Assembly: GCF_963921235.1 (NCBI RefSeq)
Contig: NC_086101.1
Location: 7,566,001 to 7,630,000 of the forward strand
Reading direction: 5' to 3'
From: Mobula hypostoma
Lineage: Eukaryota
DNA length: 64,000 bases
The translations under genes and the position numbers were made by a program. Positions 26,101 to 39,194 of this stretch are shown piece after piece (position 1 is the stretch's first letter; every line of letters starts with the position of its first letter). The notes under the pieces are model-generated. The model ran no database searches. It saw only the letters and a program-made list of their open reading frames with translations, and was not told the origin of the DNA.

Positions 26101-26951
26101 TTTCAGTGGACCTGCAGACATCAGGCCTCAGTGAAATCACAAACCGTCAGGCCTCATCTACTGGACTTGCCAACTTTGGTTGTCAGTATTGACCCCAGGC
26201 TCACTGATGACTGGACCCTGAATTTCTGAATGCCATGAACACTACCTCACTACTTTGTAAAAAAAAATTGCTTTTTGCCTAACTTACTGTCATTCATTTA
26301 TTTATCTTGTATTGCAATGGACTGCTGCCATAGTGTTAACAAATTTCACCACACATGCTGGTGATAATAAACCTGATTCTGAACCACAACCAATTCTGGT
26401 ACATTTCACATACTGGCAATTAAGTGTTTCTGAATGCCCTCAAGAAAATGAATCTCAGGGTTGCGTATGGTGTCATATAACTTTACTTTGAACTTTGAAA
26501 GAGATTAATTTATCATCCTGAATCGATGGTCTCGTGACATCAACAGTTCACTTTTTGCCCTGTGTGTCACTTATGTGGGACATTGGCACACCCAGCCACA
26601 GAATGCCGCAAGATAAAACAACGCACACATAAAACAATAAAACAACTCAAATCTTCTGGTAGCACAACTAAAAATAATATCAATGCACTGCCGATGAAGA
26701 AAAGCAAGGATGAGGACTAGTGATCCCACAATTCAGTGGATCCTGGATTGGAATCACAAGGGCTGGTGACCCCTCTCCCCGCCCCCAGGGCCAGAGGTCC
26801 ATCCAAATCCAGAGTTTGAGGTCTGGAGTTCAGGGTCCAGTCATCAGCGACCCCTGGGGTCAATAATGACAACCAAAGTTGGCAAGTCCAGTAGATGAGG
26901 CCTGACAGTTTGTGGTTTCACTGAGGCCTGATGTCTGCAGGTCCACTGAAA
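26101..26951. repeat. ~128-bp inverted repeat pair (26101-~26228 and ~26822-26951)
   Basis: tttcagtggacctgcagacatcagg...gaccctgaa versus ttcagggtc...cctgatgtctgcaggtccactgaaa. Confidence 0.92.
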
Positions 26952-28033
26952 GCCTGGAGGTAGCCTGTCCTGAGCTTGGAGGCCTGTCTGGTATATGTGT
27001 GAGTGGGAGGGAGGAAACAGTCGTATTTAGCTGCTCTTATTTTTTATCCAGCAACCTACGAGAACTAGCGGTGGAGCTGGATATGTTCTACACCATACTG
27101 CAGCCAGCTTCAGCCACCTGGGGAAAAAGGCATCGGGGTCGTGTGCGGCTGACAGCGGGTGATTGTCTTGGCCATTTTTGTTGCGCAATGGTAATGCAGA
27201 ACACTGAGAATCCAGGTCACTGGTTCATTGGGGAGCTGCATCTGCTTTGCCTGGTGTGTGGACAAGGCCCTCAAGCCTTGGGGTGGCTTGTTGTAGATAC
27301 CAGAGCCAGTGGTGAGCTGCCCCCTTCTGTCAGTGCTGCCCTGCAGTGGTCACTTGGTGCAAGGCAAGCTAGATTATGAGTAACTGCTACGGGCTTGTTC
27401 TGTAGAAATGTGGCTCCGTGCACCATTAATCTATGAGCCATGACACTCAGGGACTCGGGCTATATTTAAATTTCTTTTTGTATGTATATTTTTCTGCTAT
27501 CAGTATCATATGTGCTAGGTGTGCTGTGTGTGACTGTTGGCCCCAGGAGAACACTGTTCCATTTGGCTCTATTCACATGTATGGTTGAATGACAATTAAA
27601 GTTGAACTTGAACTTGTCCCTGTTGTCTTGCTGAGCATTCTGGGTATGGCGTGGCGGTGTCAGGACGAGTGGCAACACTTGAGGGCTGACCCCAGCACCC
27701 CATTAGGTCCTGTTGGTCATTGACGTAAAGGGCACATTTCATGTTGCGATAAATAAATGAATCTCTCTTAAAATAGAAAGCTCTTTATTTCAGACTTAAA
27801 TCCACTCTACTTTGCTGGAAGCACACCACCTCTCCTGAAAGCTTGATATTCACAACGGAGTTAATGAATTGTCTTCCGCATATCATTAAATAATCAATTA
27901 ACAAATTAAAACTAAATTTTTACAGCAGTTGATATCTTTTTAAAAATCTTTACACTCTGAAAAGTTTTTTTTGGTCTAGAAATGTAAACTGCACAGTAAA
28001 TGACCTCAGTAAGGAGAGTCACTAAATTTTCAG

Positions 28034-28300
28034 GTTCAACGCCAGTGACCCGGGTTCAATTCCCACTGCTGCCCAGAACGGGTTGGTACGTTCTCCCTGT
28101 GACCATCCGGGTTTGCTCCAGCTGCTCCAGTTTCCTCGCACAGTCCGAAGACGTACAGGCTGGTAAGGCCGAGTAAGTTGCGGGCATCCAACGGTGGCGA
28201 CTCCTGCGGGCTGCCCCTGCGTAGTCCTCACTCACTTGATTTAACGCAAATGACACATTTCTCCGTATGTTTCGACGCGCATGTGACAAATAAAGCTTTT
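28034..28300 (+). mobile_element. tRNA-derived SINE (V-SINE/HE1-like). Related copies at ~13930-14115(-), 24280-24440, 37630-37925, 45430-45700(-) and 51200-51470
   Basis: B-box GGTTCAATTCC followed by gtacgttctccctgtgacc...gtttcctc, and a 3' part ending tgtgacaaataaagc. Confidence 0.7.
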
Positions 28301-29204
28301 CTTTCATTAAATTTCTGTTTGCCACCGCCCTTGCAGGCAGCATGGTCTGGGACACACTCACCTCCCCTCTAGCCTACTTACCAGTTACAGTTGTATAACA
28401 CTCCCACCACAGTGAACTGCAACGAATTCCGTCACAGCTGCTCACAGTTCAACCTGCAGCTTTCCACCAATGTCAAATGGGTTGGAAACTGGGCAATGCC
28501 CCATGATTCTCCTGCTGGGTGTGGCTACCAGGGTGCAGAGATAAAAAAATATTTGGTGGGGGGAAGGGGAGGAAGAAAAGACAGAAAGATGTGGGGAATT
28601 CCAACTGCCCCACCCAGTGGGTGTGGATCAGCTGTGGATAAACAAGACAAAGTGCAAAAGACTGAGTAAACTCCAGACGCGAGAGTGGATGTCAGCTGTG
28701 AGATGAGGAGGAATTTCTTCAGCCCGAGGGAGGTGAATCTGTGGAACTCATTGCCACAGATGGCTACCGAGACCAAGTCATGGGATATATTTAAGGCAGA
28801 TATTAACAGTTTATTGGTTAGTAACAGCATTAAAGTTTAAGGGGAGAAGGCAGGAAAATGTTGAGAGGGAAAATAAATGATGGAATGGCAGAACAGACGG
28901 ATGGGCTGAATGGCCTAATTATGCTCCTAGGTTTTACTAGGTAATTACTGGTTTTTTACAGAGAGTGGTGAATGCGTGGAATGCTCCGCCTTGGGTGGTG
29001 GTGGTGGAGGCAGACACATGGATGATAGAAATATGGAGGGTTATTGGGAGGGAAGGGTTGGATTAATTCTAGCGTCGGTTAATAGGTCAGCACTCCGTGG
29101 CCCAAAGGGCCTGTACTGTTCTCTGTTCACACTCCTTGATGAGATGCCAAAGTCACTGGCATCAGCAGATGGGCGGCTGATCAACAGACATACAAGTGTC
29201 CTTG

Positions 29205-29640
29205 TAAGCAACACACACAAAATGCTGGAGGAACTCAGCAGGCCAGGCACCGCCTCTGGAAAAGAGTAAACAGTCGATGTTCTGGGCCGAGACCCTTCAT
29301 CAGGACTGGAGAAGAAGCGATGTAAAGTCAGAGTAAGAAGGTGGGGGGCGGGGGGAGAGGAAGAAGTACAAGGTAGTAGGTGATAGGTGAAACCGGGAGA
29401 AGGGGAGGGGTGAAGTGAAGAGCTGGGAAGTCGATAGCTGAAAGAGATAAAGGGTTGGAGAAGGGGGACTCTGATAGAAGAGGACAGAAGGCCATGGAAG
29501 AAAGGGAAGGGGGAGGAGCACCAGAGGGAGGTGATGGGCAGGCAAGGAGATGAGATGATAGAGGGAAAGGGAACAGGAAATGCTGAGGGAAGTTGGAGAC
29601 CATTACCAGAAGCGTCCTTATAATTTCCAGATTCAATTGC
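29205..29640 (-). mobile_element. Penelope-like pLTR/3' fragment with a mutated hammerhead motif (29271-29308)
   Basis: Homologous to 56.1-56.5 kb. The GAAA box of the motif is altered. Confidence 0.75.
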
Positions 29641-29746
29641 ACTCGGCCTAGCAGATCGCTCAACACGGTTGCTGTTCAAAGTCCGACATTGCTACCTGCG
29701 TTCACAGTTAAAGTTCACAGTTAAGTTGATGCCTACGGCTCGCCAC

Positions 29747-29903
29747 CTGATAGGTTCAATACTGAAGTCTCGACGTACTGGCAAAGACAAGGGACGTGCG
29801 CCACGTCCGTGTGAACGGAAGCCCTGGTGCGAGGCAGCTGCTTCAGAACGTGTAGCTTTACATAAAGTCCACTGAATGTGAGCAGCAGCTGGTAGGCGAT
29901 CTC
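29747..29903 (-). CDS. Coding exon: EIAYQLLLTFSGLYVKLHVLKQLPRTRASVHTDVAHVPCLCQYVETSVLNLS(G)
   Basis: Strong acceptor tttattttgccattgcag|GAG, donor CAG|gtggcg. 157 nt, phase 0->1. If unspliced, the frame ends GGEP-stop at 29733. Confidence 0.75.
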
Positions 29904-30018
29904 CTGCAATGGCAAAATAAAACGGAGCATTTTTTAATACAGAAAATGGGCCAGAGTCATTCAAAGACAAAGTATTTCTTGCCAACTGAGTACTCTGGAA
30001 ATGTGCATCCTCCTCTCC

Positions 30019-30562
30019 ACATCCACTCTATCCAGCCTTTCATAGTCATACTTTATTGATCCCGGGGGAAATTGGTTTTTGTTACAGTTGCACCATAAAT
30101 AATAAATAGTAATAAACCATAAATAGTTAAATAGTAAAAAGTACATTATGCCAGGAAATAAGTCCAGGACCAGCCTATTGGCTCAGGGTGTCTGACCCTT
30201 CAAGGGAGGAGTTGTAAAGTTTGATGGCCACAGGCAGGAATGACTTCCTATGACGCTCTGTGTTGCATCTCGGTGGAATGAGTCTCTGGCTGAATGTACT
30301 CCTGTGCCCACCCAGTACATTATGTAGTGGATGGGAGACATTGTCCAAGATGGCATGCAACTTGGACAGCATCCTCTTTTCAGACACCACCGTGAGAGAG
30401 TCCAGTTCCATCCCCACAACATCACTGGTCTTACGAATGAGTCTGTCGATCCTGTTGGTGTCTGCTACCCTCAGCCTGCTGCCCCAGCACACAACAGCAA
30501 ACATGAGAGCACTGGCCACCACAGACTCATAGAACATCCTCAGCACCGTCCGGCAGATGTTA
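30019..30562 (-). mobile_element. Rex1/Babar-type LINE 3' fragment
   Basis: Motifs FYESVVASAL and SFLPVAIKLYN. Near-identical to 53.1-53.6 kb. Confidence 0.9.
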
Positions 30563-30667
30563 CAGGAGATGTCCCCACCAACTCCACTGAGTACAGGACT
30601 GGAGCCATCAAACACTTCTCATAAGTTAGGCACATGGCACGTTACTCTAATAAGGGAAGTACGTTAC

Positions 30668-30868
30668 CTCAGATGTACCTTCAGGGACCAGGCACGTCAA
30701 TGTGTTAAAAACGTGCTGTGGTTGCTGATTGCCATTACTGAGAGCCCCGTCACCGTTCCCGGGTAACAGTGGAGCCTCTTCAGACCCTGCATCCACCTCA
30801 ATCAGAGGACTCACTTGGCTCGTTTCCACCACGATGCAGAGGTGTCCCAGCTTCTGACGCAGAAAGGA
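30668..30868 (-). CDS. Coding exon starting SFLRQKLGHLCIVVETSQ, with two in-frame donors (exon ending at 30815 or at 30668)
   Basis: Acceptor tttgcgtttcaatcaacag|TCC. Donors CAA|gtgagt (54-nt exon) and GAG|gtaacg (201-nt exon) are both phase 0, with an open frame between them. Confidence 0.7.
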
Positions 30869-31716
30869 CTGTTGATTGAAACGCAAACTTGTAAGTGGAC
30901 GCATTACGCAAGAGTAAAGAATGCAGTTATCTAGTTAGGTAGAAGCAGGAGCTCAAACTCCGAGAGACTGTTTGCTGTTCAATTATATCATGGCGGATCG
31001 TTGCTGCACATTCCTTCATATTTAACACACACTCAGCGGCCACTTCATTATGTACTTCCTGTAACGAATAAAGTGGACACCGACTGCGTGTTTGTGGCGT
31101 TCTGCTGCTGTAGACCAACCACTTCAGGATTTGTTGTGTTGTGCATTCAGAGATGCTGTGTTGCACACCACTGTTGTAACGTGTGGTTATTTGAGTCACT
31201 GTTGTCTTCCTGTCATCTTGAAGCAGTCTGGCCATTCTCCTCTGACCTCTCTCACTAGCAAGGTGTTTCAGCCACAGAACTGCTGTTCACTGGATGTTTT
31301 TTGTTTTTTTACCCATTCTCTGTAAACTCTAGAGACTTGTGCATGAAAATCCCAGGAAATCAGCAGTTTCAGAGATACTCAAACCACCCCGCCTGGCACC
31401 AACAATCATTTCATGGTCAGTCACTTAGATCACATTTCCTCCCCATTCTGATGTTTGGTCTGAACAGCAACTGACCCTCTTGACCGTGTCTGCATGCTTT
31501 TATGCATTGAGTTGCTGCCATATGATTGGCTGATTAGATATTTGTATTAATGAGCAGGAGTACATAATAAAGTGACCAGAATGGAAATCCAATTTACCCA
31601 CAAACATCTACCAGCTTCGGTAGAACAGAATTTCATTGCTTCCTGCTTTTACACTCAGGTAAAATTTAGCTTTACATTTAAAGCACTTTGTTCCAGCAAC
31701 CCCAAAAAGGGGGAGG

Positions 31717-31890
31717 CAAACTCCATCATCAAAGACCCCCACCAGCCAGGCCAAACTCTAACATCAAAGTCCCCATCATCCAGGCCAAACTTCATCATCA
31801 AAGACCCCCACCGTCCAGCCAAACTTCATCATCAAAGACCCCCACCGTCCGGCCAAACTTCATCATCAAAGACCCCCACCATCTGGGCCA
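31717..31890 (+). repeat. ~34-bp tandem repeat x5 derived from a Rex-type LINE C-terminal segment
   Basis: Unit aaacttcatcatcaaagacccccaccgtccggcc encodes the IIKDPHHPGH motif and runs on into LPSGRRY. Confidence 0.85.
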
Positions 31891-32319
31891 TGCCATCTTG
31901 TCACAGCTTCCATCGGGCAGGAGGTACAAAAACCCGAGGTCTCCACACCACCAGGTGCAGGAACAGCTACTTCCCTTCAAAAAAATTGGTCTTCAAGTTC
32001 AAGTTTAATTATCATTCAACCATACATGGACACCCATAAGCACAGCTAAACAAAACAGTGTTACTCTGGGGCCAAGGGGCAAAACACAGTACAATCACGC
32101 CCCACACAAGGCCATACAGCAACCTGAAGCAGCCGACACAACCCTAATCACCACAGTTCAGCAACAATGTGATCACACTGCACTAAAATGAACTTGCTTT
32201 CGGTTTTGTTCCAATTGTGTTCTTTCTTGTAAAAATTGGACGTAATTTATGTTTTATATGTGAATGCTACTTATCTGATGCTGTGTGCCTGTGACGATGC
32301 TGCCAGTATGTTTCATTCC

Positions 32320-33232
32320 AAAACAACACACACAGCAGGCCAGGCAGCACCTCTGGAAAAGAATCAACATTTGACATTTCGGGCCGAGACCTTTAATCAG
32401 AGAGGAAAGAGACAAACAAGAGGAAGAAGTTGGGGCCGGGGAGGAAGAAGTTCAAAGTGGTGGGAGATAGGTGAGACCGGGAGGGGGGTAGGGGCTGAAG
32501 TAAAGAGCTGGGAAGTCGGTTGGTGAAAGAGACAAAGGACTGGTGAAGAGGGAATCTGCTAGGAGACGATGGAAGACCATGGAAGAAAGGGAAGGGGAGG
32601 TGATGGGCAGGAAGGAAGGGAATATGGGAGAGGGAAACAAGAATGGGAATGGTGAAGGTGCGGGGCAGTTACCAGATGTTCAAGAGATCTATGTTTATGA
32701 CATCAGGTTGGAGGCTACCCAGATGGAATACGGGGTGTTGCTCCTCCAACCTGAGTGTGGCCTCATCGCAGCAGCAGAGGCGGCCATGGACTGACGTGTC
32801 AGAATGGGAATGGGAAGTAGAATTGCAATGGGTGGCTACCAGGAGTTCCCACTTTTTTCTTGTAGGTGCTTGGCAAAGCGGTCTCCCAATCTACATCGGG
32901 TCTCACCGATACACAGGAGGCCACACCGGGAGCACCAGACACGGTATATGACCCCAAGAGACTCACAGGTGAAGTGTTGCCTCACCTGGAAGGACAGTTT
33001 GGGTCCTGAATGGTAGTGAGGGAGGAGGTGTAGGGGCAGGTGTGGCACTTGTTCCAGGAAGGAGATCTATGGGGAGGGACAAATGGACAGGGGAGTCATG
33101 AAGGAAGTGATCCCTGCGGAAAGCAGAAAGTGGGGGAGAGGGAAAGATGTGCTTGGTAGTAGGATCCCGTTGAAAATGCAGAGGTTGTGGAGAATCATAT
33201 GCTGGATGTGGAGGCTACTGGGGTGGTAGGTG
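32320..33232 (-). mobile_element. Penelope-like element fragment including a decayed GIY-YIG endonuclease
   Basis: GVIYRVWCSRCGLLCIGETRCRLGDRFAKHL. Collinear with 56.1-57.1 kb. Confidence 0.88.
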
Positions 33233-33437
33233 GTCGGTACGTTGTCATTCCACCCGTGTATCCATGGACCTACGCACAGGACAATAAACTCGACTTTGAC
33301 CACTGTTCCCTCTAAGCTGCACAGGTGTGTGGTTGCTCAGTAACTGAAATGCTCCCACGCACATAGCCTTTGTTACCACGCTGCTGGAACTGGACGCGGC
33401 TAGAAAAAGCTTACAAAAAGTGAAGAGATTCTCTTTA

Positions 33438-33850
33438 GAAACATAGAAAACCTACAGCACAATACAGGCCCTTTGGCCCACAAATTTGTGGCGAACATGT
33501 CCCTACCTTAGAAATTACTAGGCTTACCCATAGCCCTCTATTTTTCTAAGCTCCATGTACCTATCCAAAAGTCTCTTAAAAGACCCTATTGTATCCGCCT
33601 CCACTATCATTACCACACTACCCATTCCATGCACTCACCACACTCTGTGTTTAAAAAAAACTTACTCTTGACATCTCCTCTGTACCTACTTCCAAGCAGC
33701 TTAAAACTGTGCCCTCTTATGTTAGCCATTTCAGCCCTGGGAAAAAGCCTCTGACTATCCATGCAATCAATGCCTCTCATCATCTTATACACCTCTGTCA
33801 GGTCACCTCTCATCCTCCGTCGCTCCAAGGAAAAAAGGCCGAGTTTGTTG
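33438..33850 (-). mobile_element. CR1 3' fragment
   Basis: LGLFSLERRRMRGDL plus 3' UTR and tail. Same family as 43340-43730 and 61.6-62.7 kb. Confidence 0.85.
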
Positions 33851-35514
33851 GACTGTATTGCAATATACCCTTCAATTAATAAACAAACAAATTTGTAATT
33901 TTTCAATTTTCATCCTAAATATTCACACTATACATATTACAAAAAAAAATTTAAACTGCCGCACAGTTTCAGGCTGTGCAAAAATTTCCTTCTCAGAGCA
34001 ATGGTCGATCCATGCAGCTGTGAGAAAATATTAGAGGGAATGTTGACTTTGAGTTTTTCTTTATCTACTTATCAAGATGCTGCCGGGACGTGAGGACCTG
34101 AGTTATAGGGAAAGGTTGTACGGTTAGGACTTCATTCCCTGGAGCCCAGGACAACGAGGGGAGATTTGATAGAAGTATACAAAACTATAAGAGTTTGAGA
34201 TATGGTGAATGCAAGCAGGCTTTTTCCACAGGTTGGGAGAGACGAGAACTTTATGTAATGGGTTAAAGGTGAAAGGTGAACCTGAGTGGGAACTTCTTCA
34301 CTCGAAGCGTGGTGTGAATGAGTAACAAACTGCAAGTGGAAGTAGTGGATGGGGATTCGACTGGGCCTGTTTCTCGATGGTACGCTGGTCCAATAAAAGG
34401 AAACCACCAGTGCAGCATGATTAAACTTTTGGAGGTTAAATGTTGGTCGTGGTAGACCCACTCAATACTGATCTAGTTGCTGGTTTCAGCAACCCAAGTG
34501 GTCTGGTGTCATACAGCACTACAGCACAGAAACTGGCCCTTCAGCCCATCTAGTCAGTGCGAACTGTTACTCTGCCCAGGCTCATTGACCCTCACCTGGA
34601 CCGCAGCCATGTAACTAAAATCTCTTTAATGTTGAAATCACGTCTACCAATTCCCCTGGCAGCTCGTTCCACATTCTCACGGCCCTCTGAGTGAAGAAAT
34701 TCCCCCTCAGTGTCCCGTCAAACATTTTGCTTTTCACTCTTAACCTATGGCCTTTAGTTGTAGACTAATTTGTTTTCCATTACACTGTGTACTGGAAACG
34801 ACATTAATCATTGAATCTTGAGGACAGACACTCAACGTTTCAGAAACAGCTTCTTCCCCTCCATCACCAGATTCCTGCGTGGACCGTGAACCTGTGAACC
34901 TCACCTTTTTTTGCTCTTTTATTTATTTAATTTGTTTTACATTTCTTATTTTAACTTATCGTAAATTTTATGTATTGCACTCTACTGCTGCCATGATAAT
35001 AAATCTTGTCATCCACTCTCCTCTCCCATCAGACTCCTTCCTCTCCACCTTGACCTTTCCCTACCCACCTATCACCTTCCAGTTAGCCTCTTTCCCCTGC
35101 CCCCACCTTTTCTTTCTGGCATCTTCCCCCTTCCTTTTCAGTCCTGATGAAGAGTCTCGGCCTGAAATGTCGACTGTTTATTCATTTCCATGGACGCTGC
35201 CTGACCTGCTGAGTTCTTCCAGCATTTTGTGCGCATTGCTTTGGACTTCCAACGTCCGCAGACTTTCTTGTGTATTATTGTGTATCTTGTGTATTGTGTA
35301 ACAAGCATGATTCTGATTCTGAGCAATGATAGATTTGAACACAAAAGGATAGACAGGGAGATGAACCACTAATTGAGTCAGCAGGCCGAGGGAGGCACAC
35401 GTGGTCGGATGCAGAGATGTACCACAACGTTGCTGAGGTTAGTGAGGGACAGCTTTTCTCTCTGGAGCAAAGGAGGGTGAGAGTTCACTTATTAGAGGTG
35501 TACAAGATGATAGG

Positions 35515-36005
35515 GGTGTATGGGGTGTCTCGGGAGGGGTATCACCTCTGGTGGGGGGGGGGCCTGCCGTGCCCTTTTTCAGGGCAGCTCTCCACCTTCG
35601 GTCCCCACCTGGCACTCAGCTCTCACCTGTGGCTCCAAGTAGCTGTAACACACACAGCGGCCACACCCCGGGAAACCGTATCGGCAGACGGGCCAAACCA
35701 GGTGAGGGAAGCCGACAGGTCTTTGACCCTCAGTGGGGTAGGGGATCTGCCTGTCCCAGCGTGTGAAGTCTGGCCTTGGCGGATTGAGCAGAGGAGACCA
35801 ATTAATGGTCCAACGGTCAAGAAGGCACTTAGACGTCCTGGTCATCCACTGCAAGAGGTGGTGATCTTTTTAAACTCACCTGGCGGCAGGCAAAGGTAAA
35901 CCACTGCCGTAACCTGCCGAGTACGTGATTTCCCAATATGTCAGAGTGGCGTGGAGGGAAATTATTCACCAACTGGAATTTCCAGATGCAACCTAACGAC
36001 GACGA
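35515..36005 (+). mobile_element. RTE-related non-autonomous element inserted in a CR1 fragment
   Basis: GC-rich body with ggtaaaccactg and a (GAC)n tail. Flanks acaagatgata / acaaggtgata resemble a target-site duplication. Confidence 0.55.
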
Positions 36006-36488
36006 CAAGGTGATAAGAGGCAAAGATCTTATCTTTGGCAGGACAGCCAGAGACTTGTTCCCTGGCGGAAGTGGCTAAATAAAGTGGGCATAACTTTATG
36101 GGTTTAAACTTTAAGGTGATTGGAGGAAAGTGTGCGGGGGGAGGATGTCACAGGTAAGTTATTTTACGGAGAGTGGTGGGTGGGTGGAATGCTTTGCAGA
36201 AATGATGCTGGAGGCAGTTACATTCGGGGTATTTAAAAAACACCTTGGCACGTGGACGACAGCAGAGTAGAGGACTAGAGTGGGAAGGAAGGGCGAAACT
36301 GATTTTAGAGTTGGTGAAAAGGTTGGGCTGAAGGGCCTGTACTATTCTACGTTCTATGAAATAGTTAATCAGTTAACTGCCCGCGGCAGCCACATGCGGT
36401 GGGACGTATCGAGGGGTACTTCACTCCCACACTTTGTTTGTTCTCCAAATGTCTTTATTTGCAAGTGGGCAGCAAACACATAAGCTAC

Positions 36489-36578
36489 CTGGAGCCCAGG
36501 GCCTGAGAGATGTCTTGCTTCCAGCAGAGCAGCGAGCCTCGCCTTGCACTCCTCAAGGTTGAAGTAAATGAGACAAAG
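36489..36578 (-). CDS. Coding exon: LCLIYFNLEECKARLAALLEARHLSGPGLQ
   Basis: Acceptor tttgcttttccttaaccaacgcacag|CTT, donor CAG|gtagct. 90 nt, phase 0->0, protein-like helical composition. Confidence 0.75.
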
Positions 36579-38207
36579 CTGTGCGTTGGTTAAGGAAAAG
36601 CAAACCCATCAGCTGGGTTGCATCTGTTAACCGAGCGGGATGTCAGCGTACAACGTCAATTTCAGAGAAAGAGGCTGTCTTCAGAAGGCGTTAGTCATTT
36701 GGAGTATTGAGCATTACTTCTTATTGACAACCGAGATTCTGCCTCATCCTCACTAACAAATATTGGAATTACAAATGTACTATGTAAGCACTATAAGCAC
36801 CCAGTCAAATCCATCATGATGTTTAAGATGTAGAGCATCAATATGCATTTGCTTTATTAACATTTGTACTGGAAGATAAATGCAATATTAGCACTCATTT
36901 CAAGAGGACACATATAAGAGCAAGGATGTCATGCTGAGGTCTATAAGGGATTAGCTGAATCGCAGTTGTACTATTGTGAGCAGTTTGTGTCCACATACCT
37001 AAGGAAGGATGTGCTGGTATTGGAGAGGGTCCAGAGGTTTCTGAGAATGATCCTGGGAATGAAAGGGTTAACATATGAAGAATGGATGGCTCTGGGCCTT
37101 CACTCATTGAAACCTCTCGAATATTGAAAGGCCTAGAGAGCGTGGACATGGAGAGGATGTTTCCTACTGTGGGGGAGTCTAGCACCGAGGGCCCAGGCTC
37201 AGAATAGAAGAATATCCCTTCAAAATAGAGATGAGGGGAGATTTCTTCAGCCAGAGCGTAGCAAATCTCTGGAATTCTTTGCAACAGACAGCCATGGAGG
37301 CCAATTCATTGGGTATTAATTCATTAAAGCAGAGTTTGATAGTTTCTTGATTAGTTAGGGCATCAAAGGACGTGAGGAGAAGGCAGGAGAATGGGACTGA
37401 GAGGAAAATGAAATCAGCGATGATGCGACTCACTATGGCTCTAGAACATCTAACTGAACAGGCAGACAACATCTCTATCACAGAGACAGACATACAATCA
37501 GTCCAAACTGATCACAATCTTTCCTTGTTCTCTTGCAAACTTTGGCTTTACAACTTAAAAAAGCAGTTCCTTTTAAATGTCAGTATTTGACCTGCCCCAT
37601 CTCCCCTTTCTGACGTGCACTATGTACCTCCGCTGCACCTGGGGCTCCACAGTGTCACAGCAGTCAGCGGAACACTACTGCGGATCGGGACACTGGAGTT
37701 CCGAGTTCATTGCTGGCGGCCTCCATAAGGAGTTTTTACACCCTCCCCATGGAACACTTGGGTTTCCTCTGGGTGCTCCAGTTTCCTCCCACAGTCCAAA
37801 GATGGACAAGGAGTGGGTTAACTGGTCTTTGTAAATTGTCCCAGGATTAGGCTCAGGTTACACTGGTGGGCTGCCGCTGGAATGGCCCGAACGGCCAAAG
37901 ACACCTATTCCATGCTGTATCTTTAAATATTATAAGTACCCATCAGGTGTTAACAGCCAATCAAATTTGCGTGTTAAAGGCCAACAATATTTGAGAATTG
38001 GGAAGATAACTGTCCAATAGTAAGCGCTGCCCGAGGATCTTGTTGGTAAGCGTGGTCCCCAGGCTTAAAGAGAAAGACTGTGCAAAGGAGAGGCCAGCTT
38101 TCAAGTGCCATGTGCAGTCTGGGTGACTGCGCTATGTCTCCATCAGTATTTTTAACCCGCGCCTTGCCGCCGCTTCGACAGGTAATGAGCCTGGTCAGGT
38201 GACTGAC

Positions 38208-38285
38208 CTTGCAGTGAGAAAACTGTGACGAAACAGTGATCACCACTCCCTGACGGACCGAAAGCCCTGAACTTTTAAGATTGAT
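38208..38285 (-). CDS. Coding exon: INLKSSGLSVRQGVVITVSSQFSHCK
   Basis: Acceptor ctaatgctctcctgcaag|ATC with branch-like ctaat, donor AAG|gtcagt. 78 nt, phase 0->0. Confidence 0.65.
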
Positions 38286-38748
38286 CTTGCAGGAGAGCAT
38301 TAGACTGGAGCAGGGAAAATTAGCAGAACTCTGAGCCGGATCTAGGGAGAATTCATTGGGACCAGCTGCTTTTTTTTGGGGGGGTGGGGGCAAGTCCACA
38401 TCTGAAATATGGAGGGTGTTTGAAGATCAAATGCATAGAGTACAGGAGACTTACATAGAGTACATAGAGTTAAAAGGAAGAACAGGAGTGACAAAGTATG
38501 GACGATAAGAGAGGTGGTGAATTTATTCAAGAAGAAAAAGGAAGCAGGGGTAAGGAAGCAAGGGTAAATTCAGCCATAATCAAATGGCAGAGCAGACTCG
38601 ATGGGCCGAATGGCATAATTCTGCTCTGACATCTTTTGGTCTAAATTATGGTCTAATTCCACCAAGTAATTAAACACCACAAAGCCTCCTCTTCCTCCCC
38701 ACACCCCTCCACCCAATTCCAAGCAAAACTTCTCTGGTTACAAAAAAC

Positions 38749-38958
38749 CTTCATCACTGGTATTGCGTAACAGTCATGTTCCTCGACAGCCATTATGGGG
38801 TTAAACATCGAATCCTCAGAGGTCGCCCTGCCACTAGGGAAGGATACATGTAGTACACTTGTGCAGTATCTTGTCACGTCCAGTACTCCGACCAAGATGT
38901 TGTGCTTTGCCAGGCTCTCGTTGGCCCACATGAGACGCACATCTGTGTTCACATTAAT
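38749..38958 (-). CDS. Coding exon: INVNTDVRLMWANESLAKHNILVGVLDVTRYCTSVLHVSFPSGRATSEDSMFNPIMAVEEHDCYAIPVMK
   Basis: Acceptor aatctgttttaaag|ATT and weak donor AAG|gttttt. 210 nt, phase 0->0, inside supplied ORF 38653..38952. Confidence 0.7.
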
Positions 38959-39194
38959 CTTTAAAACAGATTACAGTTCAGTCACAGTTCAAAGAAAATG
39001 TATTATCCAGATATACGTATATGTCACCAAACACTAGCTTGAGATTTATTTTCTTGCAGGCATTCACAGAACAGACAAATCCAATAGAATCATTGAAAAG
39101 CTACACACAAGCAGGACTGACATGTGCAAAGAGAGAGGTGGGAGGGAGGTTCAAGTACAAGCTCAAGTTCATTGTCATTCAACCATATAGCCAA

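Noticed and set aside
28382..28525. Minus-strand exon with strong donor CTG|gtaagt
   Set aside because: All three frames from the plausible acceptors contain stops. It could be non-coding or a poison exon, but I cannot support that.
29041..29679. 212-aa Pro/Ser-rich ORF and similar low-complexity ORFs
   Set aside because: These are incidental frames through the pyrimidine-rich Penelope terminal region.
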